Source: Cirrosporium novae-zelandiae
Taxonomy: Eukaryota
Direction of reading: 5' to 3'
Assembly (NCBI GenBank): GCA_026023565.1
Contig: JAPETS010000053.1
Span: 1 to 64,000 of the forward strand
Length of the DNA: 64,000 nt
Part shown: positions 37,475-51,575 of the stretch, piece by piece
How positions within the stretch are numbered: position 1 is the stretch's first letter
How the letters are laid out: each line of letters starts with the position of its first letter
The notes under the pieces: model-generated
The model's input: the letters and a program-made list of their open reading frames with translations, nothing else
Databases searched by the model: none
What the model was told of the DNA's origin: nothing
Translations under genes and position numbers: made by a program

Positions 37475-40430
37475 TCACAAGGCCAAAACCCCCTCGAACC
37501 ACTTATTCCCTTTAAGCCCCTCCTCTCCCTTCACAAGCCCCCTCAGCAACTCAATCTTCTCCTCCTTGGTAATATCTTCTTTTTTAGAAGTCTCCTCCTT
37601 CCACCGATTCAAAACCTCTTTCAGTAATCGACTTCCCTCTTCCGTGTCTTTTCGTTTCTTTTCTTTCTCATCATCGTCGCCGTCGTCGTCTTTCATAGTG
37701 ACATCTTCTTGATCGGGATTCGCGCTTGAAAAGTCCTCGAGCTCTTCTGCTTTTCGTCGTGCCATGTCTACAACTCTAGGTGGGAACCGTACTAGTTCTG
37801 CAACATGGATTCCGAATGATTGGTCACAGACACCTGGTTCGACTTTGTATAGCAGTGTGACATCCTTGGGGGTTTTACGTTTTGCGGCCGCGGTTCCGTC
37901 TTTTTTGTCTTTGCTGTCACCGTCGCCAATGTGCGCCACGACATGTAGGTTCCGAACGCCCTTCTCACGCTCCTCGAGACGGGTCAGTTCGTGAAAGTGA
38001 GTCGCAAAGAGCGCCCAGCATCCAATTTCGCGAACAATGTACTCGCTAATGGCCCAGGCGAGACCGAACCCATCATACGTAGAGGTGCCTCGGCCGAGTT
38101 CGTCAATGACGATAAGGCTCTCGCGCGTCGCTGCCTTGAGGATATTTGCTGTTTCCAGCATCTCGGCCATAAAGGTACTGACACCCTTAAGTTGGGAGTC
38201 CGAGGCCCCGACACGCGCGAGGATGCAGTCGACGAGGGTGAGTTCGGCCTCGCCGCAGGGGACGAAACAGCCTGTTTGTGCTAGTAGAGCGATAACACCA
38301 ACCTGGCGGATGTAGGTTGATTTACCACCCATGTTGGGACCCGTAATGATAAGAAAGTTGGATTCGTCCCGGAGGAGGGATACGTCGTTGGTGATGAATT
38401 GGACATCGTCTTGCATTTCGAGGCAGGGATGGCGGGCTTCTTTCAGGATGATGGAGCCGGTGCCTCGGGGGTGAAGTGTTGGGCGGATGTAAGGGGTTGG
38501 TGCGTGGACTGCGACGTGGGCAAAAGAGACGATAACGTCGAGGTGGGCGAGGAGGGCCGCGAGGCGTTCTAGGACTGGGACGTAGGAGGAGGCGACGGCG
38601 ACCACCTCGTTAACTAATCCTGATTGTGTGCGGTTGTAGTTGGTTGTCAGCTGGTCATGCTCCCTTCTCAGGCCCTGCAGTGTGCTGGTGGTGAAATATA
38701 CGCCGTTTTTTTGCGTCGAGCATTCCTGGTACTGTTTCTTGTTTCGTATGCAGCCGGCCTCGGTGCGTGTGAGACGGAAGCACCATCCGTGTGTGCGGTG
38801 GTTCTCCATGAAAAGTTTCTTTTCTGTTTCTTGGTTGAGGTCTTTGCCTACGCGTCTGTGCTCGACTTGCATTTCGTACGTCAGCTTATCTAGTTTCTTC
38901 CTGATGGTACGGAGACCATCGTCAAATTCGGGCTTGATGATGAATTCGTGATTATCGAGAGCGTCGAGATCAACTGTGGTTTCAACCATTTCTTGGAGCT
39001 TGGCAAGGCTGGATGAGAGATCCCTTAGTTTAGAGGTATATTGTTCGTCAAGGGGTGCTTGGTATTGCTCATCCATGACACCCTCCAGGGTACCGATAAA
39101 GCCTGGTAGCCGTATGACGACTTGGTATCCTCTGACCACATCCTCTAGATTAGCCATCTTCTTCTGAAAGCGCTTGGATAGACGATAGAGATCTGGAATT
39201 GAGCGGAGATGTTCTTCTTGCATGGTCTGTCGTAATTCAGTATCCATCACAAAGGCTTCCACAAGTTGTTGGCGTTTGGATATTTCTTCGACGCTCATGA
39301 GTGGCTGCTTTAGCCATTGTGCCAGCAAGCGGCTCCCAACGGGCGTTTTGCAGTGATTGAGAAGTCCGTAGAGACTCATGTTTTTTGACCCATCCCTTGG
39401 TCCGGGCATCAGGTTCAAAGCTTTCAATGCTGCAGCATCAAGCTTCATGTACTGTGAAAGATCATGCTGATAGAGCTGGTACTGTCCAAAATTCGAAGAG
39501 TCGGACATTACTCCTAGATACTTGATGAGAGCAGCAGCGGACGCCATGGCAAGCTTGAGATCTGTCTGTGGAAGGGTTCCCGCAGATCTTTCATCCTTCA
39601 ATAGTCGTGTAAGGTCCTGCTCAATATCTCTTGTGGTAAAGTCCCCAGCTGGCCTCTCTGAAATCGCAATGCCGCAATTATCTGCAATGGACCTTAGTTT
39701 GCCCAGTTCAACATCCTTCTTTTGATGATCCATTTGTACGAGACATTCTTTTACACCCAATTGAATCAACAAGGATTCAAAATTCGAGTACAGGTCATTG
39801 TCCAAGAACTCGCTGACACCGAGCTCTCTTACACTAGCATCGGCGAAACACACCCCCACATTCCTTGCCTCTGATGCTTTTGCTGAGATCTTGACCGATA
39901 GTATGATTGGTGCCGAGTCAATTTGACCCCCAAGCTCATCCTCGATATCTTGCAAATTTCCCGGAGAAGCTTGTTTCGTAACCTTCCAATTCATTCGGCC
40001 TGTTGACTCCCACACCTCAATTCTTTTGCCTAATCTGAAAAGGGCTTCTCTTAGAAAGTTTCGGTAGACCGTCATGGTCATGGTAACAGAGGGAAGGCTA
40101 TTGTCATGCCTGCCAAGTTGACGTAAAACAGAGGTTGTTTTGTAAACCTATCAAAATGGTCGTTAGCAATTGATGTAAATATTGATATAAAGTAATTTAG
40201 CGGTGGAAAACATACAGTCCGTGCAATAAAGGCAGCATCATCTCCATGTGCGGTATACCAATCGCCTCGATCAAAAATTCGAATGGTTTCATCATTGACG
40301 ACAGGAAGATTCTTGAAGAATCGGATGAATCCTACTTCATCATCAACCTGGACAGAATATCAGTTTAATTATTTTTCTCGTTAATTGATGGTCGGCAGAA
40401 ACATACCTTTAGCTCAGGTCTAGACGACAT
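37475..40430 (-). CDS. MSH2: DNA mismatch repair protein Msh2
   Basis: MSSRPELK/VDDEVGFIRFF...IRIFDRGDWYTAHG; MutS ATPase ITGPNMGGKSTYIRQ, STFMAEMLE, IDELGRGTSTYDGFGLAW, FATHFHEL; introns 40348-40406, 40148-40215. Confidence 0.98.
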
Positions 40431-40540
40431 GTCGATAGATTCCTATTTCATCAAATAATGTCGTCAGCTATCTAAGATGTAGATACAATGGTCCTATACT
40501 AGGAGTCGGGTTGATAGTAGAAAGAGGCCAAGGACCAAGG

Positions 40541-40665
40541 ACGCGTGTGACGCGATAATGCTGGCGCGTATTAAACTCCTCTTTACGAAATAGTAAGGTT
40601 TAGCTCTAGCGCGACACTACGATTGCATTTGCGTAGTACGAAAAATACGGTACGTACACCCGCGT
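40541..40665. promoter_or_regulatory. MCB (MluI cell-cycle box)-like cluster upstream of MSH2
   Basis: ACGCGT at 40541-40546 plus ACGCGA, GCGCGT, GCGCGA and CCGCGT within 125 bp, 110-235 bp upstream of the MSH2 ATG. Confidence 0.6.
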
Positions 40666-41860
40666 ATACCTACAAGGGATAAGCTAACTATTGACATTCC
40701 CCAAACATGTTGATGTTTCATCATTATTTAGTGCCACATGGGTGACATGCACATTGGTGCTGTAAGGAGCCGTGGTCAATATGTGAGCCGTTCGTCCGTG
40801 AAAACAGATCCCTGAAAGCCTGACAAGCCTTCAGCTGTCACTCCACCCGTGGCCGGTACAAAAGTGATCTTCTCAGGTACGATAGATACAGCGATTACGG
40901 ATTTCAAGTATGTCAACCAACATATCATTTGCCTGGGTTCATTTGCCTTGGGTGCATTTGCCCTGCATGCATTTACTATGTGCTGATATGCGAACGTGAT
41001 GCGACAGAATATACTTCAAGGGCTTGGTATTACCACTCTCTACAACGATGATTGTATTATATAGAATAGATACTTATCAACTCGATACCGGCAAATGTAG
41101 AATTAGAGAACCATTTATATTGTCAATTATGGAGGTAACTGCTTTGCTATCTGCATCAAAGGCCATGACCTCCGAATACCAGAAGCCGTAGGACGTACAG
41201 GGTAGCGACTGGAAGCCGGCACATTACCAGGCTCTCATCAATCCATTACTTTAGCCACTTCCAACATCCACCTCTTCGCCCATTTCAATGACCTACTACA
41301 TACAGGTCCGTCTTCCAATCCGTCTCTATTGCGGTCACTCAAAGCAAGTTGGATGCTGAACTGCAAAGGGTACATCCAAAGCGAGCGTTCAACCGTCATG
41401 CCGAAGCATAAACCCTTTTTTGGTGACCGAAGTCGTAAAAGTACAAGCGAATGTCCGTAGCGTCCTCCGGGGACCCAGGGACGCCAATATTAAGATTAAA
41501 ATAGAACCATCCAACTATCCAAAAAGGCCCGAGGTGCATGAAAGAACATGTACATTCGAATATAGGTGAAGCGGGGATGAGGGGACATCTGGAAGATGGA
41601 GTGTAGAGCAAGTGATCGGTACAGCACGGGAAACCCATGCTGAATGTCTCGGAGATCATTTGCTTAAACTTCCATCTGCGTCCCAAGATTCTCCGCGCAG
41701 CCTCTGCCAATTAACGTTGGATGGTCGTATTAGGTATATGGTGTTGAACGTACAACAACGTTCATTATATGCAAGAACTCCGTTTCATGCTGCCGTGAAT
41801 CATAAAGCGCAAGTGAGAAAAACAATATGGTAATACATCGTAGTATGTGGATGGGTTTGG

Positions 41861-43293
41861 TCACCGACCCATATCATTATCAGACTGCGAAGCAAGAGTT
41901 TCCCCTTCCCACATTGATGAATTTTCATCAACTGGACTCCTAGAGCCCGAGGAAACAGACGAAGAGGTTCCGACGGTCCATTCGTCGCTATCGGAACGGA
42001 AATCCCCATCGAGGTCGGTATACGTGTAACCGTACTCTTGGTGTGAATCCCCAATCTCGACGTAGTCGTAGTCCCAGCGGAAGGATTTGTCGGATTGTAG
42101 GCGTGGTAGGAACTTGGCTTTTGATATATAGAATGTGATTCCAGCAAGGAGACTTCCACCAACAAGATCAACGGCATAATGGTGTGAGAGGTACATTGTA
42201 GCCCACCAAAGCCACATAGTGTAGACGACAAACAATCCTGTCAATCGAGGAAAGACATGACTCAGGAACAGCGCCTCAATGGTGGCACAACCGGCGTGCA
42301 GGGAGGGAAACGCTCCAAAGACCATTGGAGATGCAGTAAACGTAGAAGTATACAAATCAACCCCAAAGAGCTTATCGATACGAGCGAGCCCGGCTGGATC
42401 ACCTGGTATGGAGTAATCGGCCGGCGCAAGGCCATACTTATTCTCGTACCATGGCGGAGAAGTAGGGAAAAAGACCTGAATCAGAGCACCAGCCATGTTC
42501 ATATATCCAAACGCCTTTGCAAATGCTGGAAGAGTTTTTGGCGGTCCCCATATGAATATGATGCCTGAAATAACAAACGGTCCCCCAAAGTGGATGATCC
42601 CATACGGGAGCCAGGCCAGCAAATCGAGCATCGTTGCTTTGTGGGCCGAAAGGATGTTGCTAATGTTTGCTCCGTAGAAAATATTTTCCAGGGCAGGGAG
42701 CACACGAACCGAGATTGGAGGTCGATATTCGCTTGGGATGAACCTTGGATTATGTTAGATGTGACATTGAAAGTAACGTTGGGTATCAAGCTTGACTTGG
42801 TGGAAACCGGGTACCCCCGACGGGAGATGATCATAACTTGCTCAAGAGTCTAGAAAACTGGAGAATCTTACCCACAGGCGTAGAAAAACACCAAATACGT
42901 AATTATAGGTAGAAACGGTAAGAAAAATTGTCGTGTAATAGGTAAAAGGAGCGACGTCAGAAGCAAACTGGCGATGCCTGTCTTGATAATGGCCCCAGGC
43001 GATTCGATCATGCTGAGCGAGAAAATGCCCAGAATAATGAGAATTATGTACTGTCCATCGTAATATGACCACTGATGGTTTCGGAGAGCTCGAAGAGTAT
43101 CAGCTGGAGCAAAAGAGGTTTGTAAAGTTGCAAGATTTGAAGCTGGTGATTGTCTGCTGCGTAATGCTGAACGAATCCTTCTCTTTAACGAATTGGGAGA
43201 GACCAGGCGAATAGGTGGCATAGATAGAGATAACTTGGGGCTTGGGAATGGGCTGGAAGCATCGGGTCTCCAGGAGAAATTAAGTTTCTTCAT
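41861..43293 (-). CDS. AUR1: Inositol phosphorylceramide synthase (aureobasidin resistance protein)
   Basis: RPPISVRVLPALENIFYGANISNILS, PPWYE, GLARID, FGAFPSLH, TMYLSHHYAVDLVGG; intron 42744-42871; first in-frame ATG at 43293. Confidence 0.96.
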
Positions 43294-45994
43294 ATTTGGA
43301 GATGGGTTTGTGGAGGTGACGAGGTTGCTTTGGGTGCCAAACAGCGAATCTTGATTTGAATCCCTCACTCTATACGGATAGAGATGCGAAAGTTATTGGG
43401 AGGTTTTAAGGAGAATATCAACTGCTGAGCTACAAAAAAAATTGGCTTAAGAAGAGTAGCTAGCAACAGCTGAAGCGACCAGATTAACTGGTGGAGGAGG
43501 AGGAGGAGAGGTTGTGTGGAAGTGCGTGAGGGTGAAATTGGCAGGTCGAGATTAATATGCAATCGGAACCGGAATCAGCGGTGGTCAAGGATCTGGTTAG
43601 AAAGAAAGTCAGAGGAGTCAGCAGGTAACAACATCAAAAAGTCAATTTCAAGAGTGATATCCTACTTACAGCACAGCACACGACAGCAACAAGGACACAT
43701 GAACTTTTCCACACACACAAATCAAAGGCTTGGTTTGCTTAATTGGAAAAGGTTCTCGACAAAGAAAAAAAGAAGAGTAAAAAAAGAGAGTAAATTAGGA
43801 AGTGTCGGAGATGGGCTTCATAATAAAATGTAGACCATGTTTGGTGAGGTAACCAGCAACAGGATTTTGCAGGGGGTGGGGGGGGGATGGAGATGGTTTA
43901 AATTACCAATTATGAACCTATCGAAGCAAACTAAGACCCCAGTTGGTTGTTACCTACAGGCCTTTTTCTCAGGCTTCTACTTAGTTACCACTATGTGAGT
44001 CTGTAGAGTTACTACTTACTGCTTGACTAGGAGCATAGGAGCAGAGTACAGCTTTGATACGGGCTGGCCAGTGCATCAAGTGCGGTTTTTTTACTTCAAC
44101 ACAAAACTAAGCCCTGAAGCCATGACGGGTGACGGATGATAGATTTCTTGCGTCTCCGCTTGTCAAGTTGTTTTGATTTGTTGGTTTGGGGTATATGGTC
44201 GGTCAGCAATTATCAGCAAAGCAACTTAACCGCCGATAACCCCGATATTGATTACCGCATCCTACATGTGCGCAGTACCTACAAAGTACGGTAACTGGTA
44301 ATCCAGTAATCCTTCGACTATGTTACTCAGAGAGAGAGAAAGACACTCAGCCTCAGTATTTAGTATTCAGCATTTAGCATTCAGCATAGCATGTCAGCAC
44401 CTTGATTACCTTTTTTGGATAATTTCAAAGATCCTATCATCCTCCAGTGTATCACCATTTAATCTAATTACCTACTTCCCCCCTTTTTGCTTCTTTTTTC
44501 TTCTTTTTTTTCTCTTTTTCATTCTTATTTAGATTTTATGTTGTGTGTACGCAGGTTATGAAATAGTAGTAATTATGGTAATTATGAAATCCACGTATCC
44601 GTATTCATTCAACCAGCCACCCAAATAATGACCAAAGAGGGGGGAGATGCCAAGACTCCGGCATTCCTTCCGACCAATCAAAGTTGATGTGCAATCTCGG
44701 TATCAACCGCGAGGAGAGGAAGCCACGAGAGCCCAAGGAGCCTAAGGAGTCTTAAAGGTCTAAGGAGAACTTGAACATTTCTTTGAGACTCTTTGAAGAA
44801 AAGACTTTTTCAAAAGTCTCTGAATAATTACCTAGAGCTGTGAAAAGATGCCTAACTAGTTAAATCGATGCCTAAACTCCTAGAAATCTGACTGCCTAAT
44901 AAAATCTTGGCAAAAAAAGCTCTTGGAATCCATTTTATTTCTCTTCACTAAGTTCCCTCTAGGCTCTTCCATTCAACTGCCAAGACCAAACGTCTCCTGC
45001 ACTCCAAATGTTACCGCCCGTTTCACTTTCAAGGATCTTCATCATCCCTACACCTTAAAAACCAACAAAATAGCTAGTTGTTCATGCATCTCGACAATGT
45101 ATCTGCCTTGGCTGAAGAATGAACATGGACATTCCTTTTTTCTAGATTATTTTCAGTTGATTAATTATTTTGGGGTATACAAGGCGAAGCATTCAGAAAA
45201 TCAATATTTGGAGACTAAAAGACAGTAGGAGTAGTTGATGATGTCAAATAGATTCAAAGACAGAAAAAAAGCTTTTTAAATCCCGGACCATGCGGAAGAC
45301 CATGGAACGGGAAAAGGGACAACGCGAATCCGATGTTGAGTCCGATGTTGAGTCCGACAGTCCGATGCGACAGAATATCCGAAAGAACCAATCGCTCTTT
45401 GACATTCAGTTTGCATTATTTCCATCGACGAAAGCGGGTTGCCAAAGGAATTTTGATGCCTAGAAACTTCCGAGTACATGTGTCAAGCGTCAATACTCAA
45501 TTGAAGGAGCCATGCTGAAGATCCTTGTCCGTTGCTACCTTCGTACTCGTTTAGGGAAATTTGTATTCTATTTGCCGGTACTCATGTCGCACTGTTTTTG
45601 TCATTATGATGAGATGAGCCAGCCCGATTCGATTTAATTGAGGTTGGAGTTTCACAGCATATCAGTAAATATCCAGGAAAGGATGGAAGAGGCGATTGAC
45701 AATTTCCCAAGCCTCCCGAAGCATTGATCCCTCCATGGGTATGAAAGGTACGAGGGTACGAGGGTACTTTGTTTATGAATCTCCGTAAACATGACTCGTC
45801 AGCCTCAGGCATCAAAATGTTATCCGTGGCCCGTGACTTTGACACATCGGCACACGGAGCTTCCGGAACATAGAAACTCCAGCTTAAGCTGCGAAATCTT
45901 GGCATCTCGAAAATTTTGGGGAAAAGTTCACGATAGATAGATACACCGCAAGCTTCAAATTTCCCAGGTGATCTTCCAGGTGAATAAATAAACC

Positions 45995-47263
45995 ATGGCA
46001 GCCACTTCTACTACCGTCATCGAAAAGGTCACTGAAGGATCGCCGTATCAACTTTCACCTGATCAGGTAAGCCAATTCCAGCTAACACTCAACAATAATT
46101 CATTTTGCTAATCGATATACCAAAATGTGGATAAGACCCTCAAAGCAGCAGAAGCACTTCTCGCTCACATTAAATCCGAAGCGCAAAAAAGAGAATCAGA
46201 GTCCTCCAAAAAGACCCTCCTGCCTGCAGATTCCTCCTCGGAAGATGGCGACTCTGTCGACGGTGAAGATCCAATCTGGCTAATCCTCACAACTAAACGC
46301 CACATTCTCGACAAAACCCGCCTGAAGCCTTCCAAAATCAAGCTTCCCCACAGCTACAATACTTCCCCCACCTCGACCATCTGCCTCATCACTACGGACC
46401 CCCAGCGCGCCGTTAAAGATGTCATTTCAGATCCAACCTTTCCCCCCGAGCTCGCATCCCGCATTACGAGGGTTGTGGGACTCCAAAAAATCCGCACCAA
46501 GTACAAGAGCTTTGAGAGCCGACGCAGCCTTCGGGACGAACATGACATTTTCCTCGCAGACGACAGGATCATCACCCGCCTACCTCATTTCCTAGGAAAA
46601 ATCTTCTACAAAACTAGCAAGAAGCCATTCCCCGTAGCGCTCGCATCCCTCGACCGCGACAGCGACGGGAAGCGCATCAAGCGGGAGAAAAATCCACAGA
46701 AGGCCGAGCCCCGCGGTCTCAAAACCCCAGCGCAAATCGCAAAGGAAATTGAAACTACCCTCGGCACCGCAGCTGTGTTCCTATCCCCGTCCGTGACTAC
46801 AGCCGTCAAGGTCGGACACGCCAAGTTCAGCCCCAAGCAATTGGAGGAGAATGTTGCGGCGGTCGTAAACGAGATGGTTGGGAGATTCGTGCCAAAGAAG
46901 TGGAGGAATGTCAAGTCCATCCACATCAAAGGTGCGAATACAATGGCCCTACCGATATGGCTAGCCGAGGAACTATGGCTGGATGGGAAGCAGATCATGG
47001 AGGCGAAGGAGGAGGAGGATCAGCAGAAAGCTTTGGAGGGAGCTACTGCTGCTGGGGATGAAGTCAAGGCTATTACCGCCGCCGGTGAGGACACCACCAA
47101 AGAAGAAACGCCGAAGAAGCGAAAGGCCTCCGGGGAAGTCGAAAAGGCAGTTAAGAAGACTAAGAAGAGTAAAAAGGATGACGGAGAGGCAAAGGAGGCT
47201 GCGGCGCGGAAAGAGAGGTTAAGGAAGCAAAAGACGGCTGCTAGAAAGGCCCTTGACGAGTGA
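45995..47263 (+). CDS. Ribosomal L1-domain ribosome-biogenesis protein (Utp30/Cic1/RSL1D1 family)
   Basis: Intron 46067-46135; ICLITTDPQR, KYKSFESRRSLRDEHDIFLADDRII..LP..LGKIFYK, WRNVKSIHIKG.NTMALPIW; lysine-rich tail. Confidence 0.92.
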
Positions 47264-47389
47264 AGATAGAAAGAAAAGGCATGAAGTAGCCACGGGGAGT
47301 TATGTAGGCCTTTGTTGTTTTCCCTCCTTATCTGTCATATAAAAAAAAGGTCGATTGTGGCGTCTGGGACTCGAGTGGGAATTCAGAAT

Positions 47390-49650
47390 TCATGAATGCA
47401 CAAGCAAGAGAGGTTCATGATATCAACAGCTTCCACCATGTATGCGTGCCTACTGAGCAACAACTGACAGATTCTACTCTACTCTACATTACAGCACCAG
47501 GGAGCGCAAATGAAAGTAAAAGGGCTTTATGATATCAGCAGCTTCCCTAAATAAAGGCTAGCTATGTATGTATGCCTGTCTACTGAGCAATAACTAACTG
47601 ATTGATTCCATTGCACTAAATTACTAGGGAGAACGTTCCCACACCAGCTAACCAACTAACCAGATATAATCCTCAATCCAGATCTCTCCACAATCCATGA
47701 GCGCAATTGAAAGAAAGAGAGCTTCATGATATCAATAGGTTCCCAAATAAAAGCTATGTATGCCTGTTTGTCTACTAAGTAACAACCGACTGATTGATTC
47801 TACTCTCCATTACATTACCATCACCCGGGAGAAAGGTTCCCATACCAACTAACCAATTAATCAACTAACCAATGACCCCCTCTTCATATTTGCAAAACCA
47901 AATATGCCAGAAACATCTCAAATCACCCCAATATATCTACTACAAACAAATAAACCTCGCCTCCGTCTCCCTGATGAATTGTTTCCCTCAGATAATAGAT
48001 AGCTAGCTATATATGTGTGCCTATTTGAATGTCTACTGAAAAATGACCGACCGGTCGATTTTATTCTATATTATATTACTATTATTATCGCCAGGAAGAA
48101 AGGTTCCTACACTAACTAACCAACTAGTCAACTAACCAGATATAATCTATAATCCTTCAATCCAGATCAACGTCCTCCTCTACACCAAACCATCTCCAAA
48201 CACCTCCTTTCCACCTCTCTCCACACCAAAGCGTCCAACAACCCCCCTCTCCATTCCGTTCCATGCCCATAAAGCCAACATACTAAAGCAGCTTAAACCC
48301 CCCCAATATATATCTTATCCAGTACAAACAAACAAACCTCCTCATCTCCCTAATTGGTTATCTCCCCCGGATCAAAGGTTGGCTATATATACCTACCTTC
48401 CAGGCAATAACTAACAAACCGATTCTATTTTATTTTACATTATATTACTATCACTAGGGAGATAGTCTCCACCCCAACTAATCAGATATAATCTATAACC
48501 CTTCAATCCAGCTCAATACCTCCCTCTCACACACCAAACCAACCGATCGACCGATTCTACTTTATTCTACTTTCCATTATATTACCAGGGAAAAAGGTTC
48601 CCACACCAATTAACCAGATATAACCTTTCAATCCAGCTCAATACCTCTTCTCTCCACATCAAACCAACCAACTAACTATCCAACAACCCCCCTCTCCGTT
48701 CCATGTCTTTAAAACTAACATACCAGAGTGGCTCAAATCATCCCAGGGAGAAACGTTCCTACACCAATCAACCCTTAATCTAGATCCACACCTCTCCAAA
48801 AACCTCCCTTCTACACCTCTCCTCCATATCAAACTATCCAACAAACTGCCCAATCCCCCCTCCCTATATATCCAGCCTCTCTCTCTCCATTCCGTATCTA
48901 CAAATAATATACCAGAACGACTCAAATCATCCTAACCCCAATATACGTCCACTACAAATAAACACATCCCATTTCCTTGATTAATTATTTTCCCCGGATA
49001 ACAGCTATATATATATATATATCTGTTTATCTGCCTGCCTATCTTTTTACTGAGTAACAATTAAGCAACCGATTCTACTATATTCTACATTATATTATAC
49101 TACCAGGGAAAAAATCCCTATCAACTAACCAGAAATAACCTTTTTATCCAGACCAATATCCTCCTCTACACCAAACTAGTTAACCAGATATATATAATCC
49201 TTCAATCTAAATCAACACCTTTCCATATTAAACCAACCAATTCCCTCTCCGTATATGCCCCCTCCTTTTTCTATTCCGTATCCACAAACCCAACAAATCA
49301 GAACGACTCAAATCACCCTAGGAAGAAAATTTCTACCCCCAACTAATTAATTAACCAGATATAACGCTTCATTTCCATCCAGCTCAACACTTTTCCACAC
49401 GTTTCCCCCCTTCACACCAGCTTAAGCTCAACACCTTTCTAAACATTTCCCCACACACATCTCTCTAAATACCTCTATATATCTCCTCAGCACCTCTCCT
49501 CCTCTCCTCCTTCTCTCCTCCCTTTAACTCCTTTTCTCCCTCCCAATATACCAATATACCAACAATATACCACAAACTCTCAAATTACTTCAATATACGC
49601 TCAGTACAAAACAAAACCTCCTCGTCTCTCCCTGATTGGTTAGTTATCTC
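47390..49650. repeat. Complex degenerate direct-repeat array (units ~110-400 bp)
   Basis: Recurrent colinear anchors: TCATGATATCA (~47415, 47527 variant, 47724), GATTCTA(C/T)T, AA(G/C)GTTCC(C/T)A(C/T)AC (~47632, 47833, 48100, 48594, 48752), ACCAGATATA, TTCAATCCAG. Confidence 0.85.
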
Positions 49651-49933
49651 TACTAAATATATATATATATAGACGCTGGATGCTAAGGAAATAGGGGTGG
49701 TGAGGTGGGATGAGAGATGCGGATGGAGATAGGATACGAGACACAAGGCACAAAGCGGGGGTTCCTAATTCTAATTCTATATCTATCACTCGATCACTCG
49801 CTGGGGGGGGGGTTTATGGTTGCTTGTTTCTTTCTTGTTTCTTGTTTTCTTATTTCCTACTTCTTTTAAGGCGGCTAACTAGGATATAAATGTAATAAGT
49901 ATATGCATATATATATGTATATAAGTGAATAGA

Positions 49934-49984
49934 TGGATAGGATAGGATAGGATAGGATAGGATAGGATAGGATAGGATAGGATA
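49934..49984. repeat. (GATAG)n microsatellite
   Basis: Read directly from the sequence. Confidence 0.95.
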
Positions 49985-51523
49985 ACATCTACATAAATGC
50001 ACATGTACAAAATGACTTATCCACTACCACTTTTTTTTCTCTCCCCCTTTTTTTTTCTTCTCCACCTCCTTCATCTCGTCCACCTCCTTCATCTCGTCCA
50101 CCTCCTTCATCTCGTCCAACTCGTCCAACTCGTACATCTCCCACGCCCATCCCCCCCAAGAGAGCGAAAGAAAGAGAAAGCAAAAGAGACAAGAATCACT
50201 CAATCAAATCCAAATCCAAACCAAATAAATTTTTTCTTTCACCGATCTTTAGTTCTCCACCTCTAATCTCCAGTCTCCATTTACTACTACTCCCATTCCT
50301 ATTACCCACAACCCACAACCCACAACCCCTCCTCCCTAAAGGAAATAAGGAAAGAGAAAAGAGTCAGGATGTTATTATTATATACACCTTTACATCTTTC
50401 CCCTACTCCTTTGCTCCTCTTTGCGAGGTTCCTAAAGTTCCAAGTACTTGAAACGAATAACAATCCCCTATGGATGAATGGATCGATTGATATTAATATT
50501 GAAAGGGGTAGGGTGTCTCCCTCTAACCTCCTCTCTAACCCCTCTACTTCTCTGACCTGTCCTAACCTAAATCAAGCCAAGCCAAGTTAAGTTCCCAACT
50601 CCATGTTCCATTACCTATCCTCTACAACCCCCCCCCTCCTCTCTCTCCCTTTTACTCCATATCACTCCCTCCCTCTTCACTCCACCTACAAGAAAAAAGA
50701 GAGAAAAAAACAAAAAAAAAAACAACAACCTCATCACCTCATCCCCATCCCCATCTCAATCCCCTACCTACCCACCCAAACACAAACACACACAAAGAAT
50801 AAGAAGGAGAAAAAAATGAATGAGAATAGGAAGAAGCAACTACTAATTCAATTTGGCTCAATAAAAAAAATAAATAAAAAAAAAACACAGCCTTGTACCT
50901 ATTCCACCCACCCAACCACCTCCAAGTATCCCAACTTCTAGTATCTTAATCTCAATCCCAATTCCAAATTCAATTCCAATCCTCCTTTCCCCTCTCCAGT
51001 CTCCACCCCCATCTATCCCCACCACGCACACACACAACTATTAAAATCAAACCTTTCATCGGTTAGTCATTTTACTTTTTTTTTTTCTTTGTTCTGCTTT
51101 GTTTTGTTTTGGATTTTATATAAGTATACATACAGATAGAAGTATAAAGGGAGGGAAAAGAGGAGGATAGATGGATGGATGGGGGTTTGTGATTTAGGGA
51201 GGTTAGAAAACGGGAGCAAGGAGTGGGAGTGGGAGTGGAAGCGAGAGTAAGAGGGAGAGAGAGAACCACCCTACTCTACACTACACGTTTTTAAATATCA
51301 ATCTATCTATTCATTCATTCATTCATTCATTCATTTGATATAACACAACAATATCCCTTCTCCTCCCTCTCTTTGGCTTCTTTTCCTCTCCCTCTCGTCT
51401 TTTTTATGGGGGGAGAGAGATTTTGTAGGTAGTGTAACAATGGGAATAGGAATAGTAACATGAAGATAGAAATAGAGATTGGGTGGAGGTGGAGGGTTTG
51501 GATTTGAATTATTCTCATTCTGT

Positions 51524-51527
<4 letters not shown>

Positions 51528-51571
<44 letters not shown>
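51528..51571. repeat. (CT)n microsatellite
   Basis: Read directly from the sequence. Confidence 0.95.

Positions 51572-51575
<4 letters not shown>

Noticed and set aside
41396..41710. 104-aa minus-strand ORF downstream of AUR1
   Set aside because: Non-ATG start, no recognisable domain, probably AUR1 3' flank.
43294..43368. In-frame GTG-initiated N-terminal extension of AUR1
   Set aside because: The ATG at 43293 already gives a plausible N-terminus; no evidence for non-AUG initiation.
47390..49650. CRISPR-like interpretation of the repeat array
   Set aside because: Eukaryotic context, degenerate repeats, intervening sequences themselves repeated, no cas genes.
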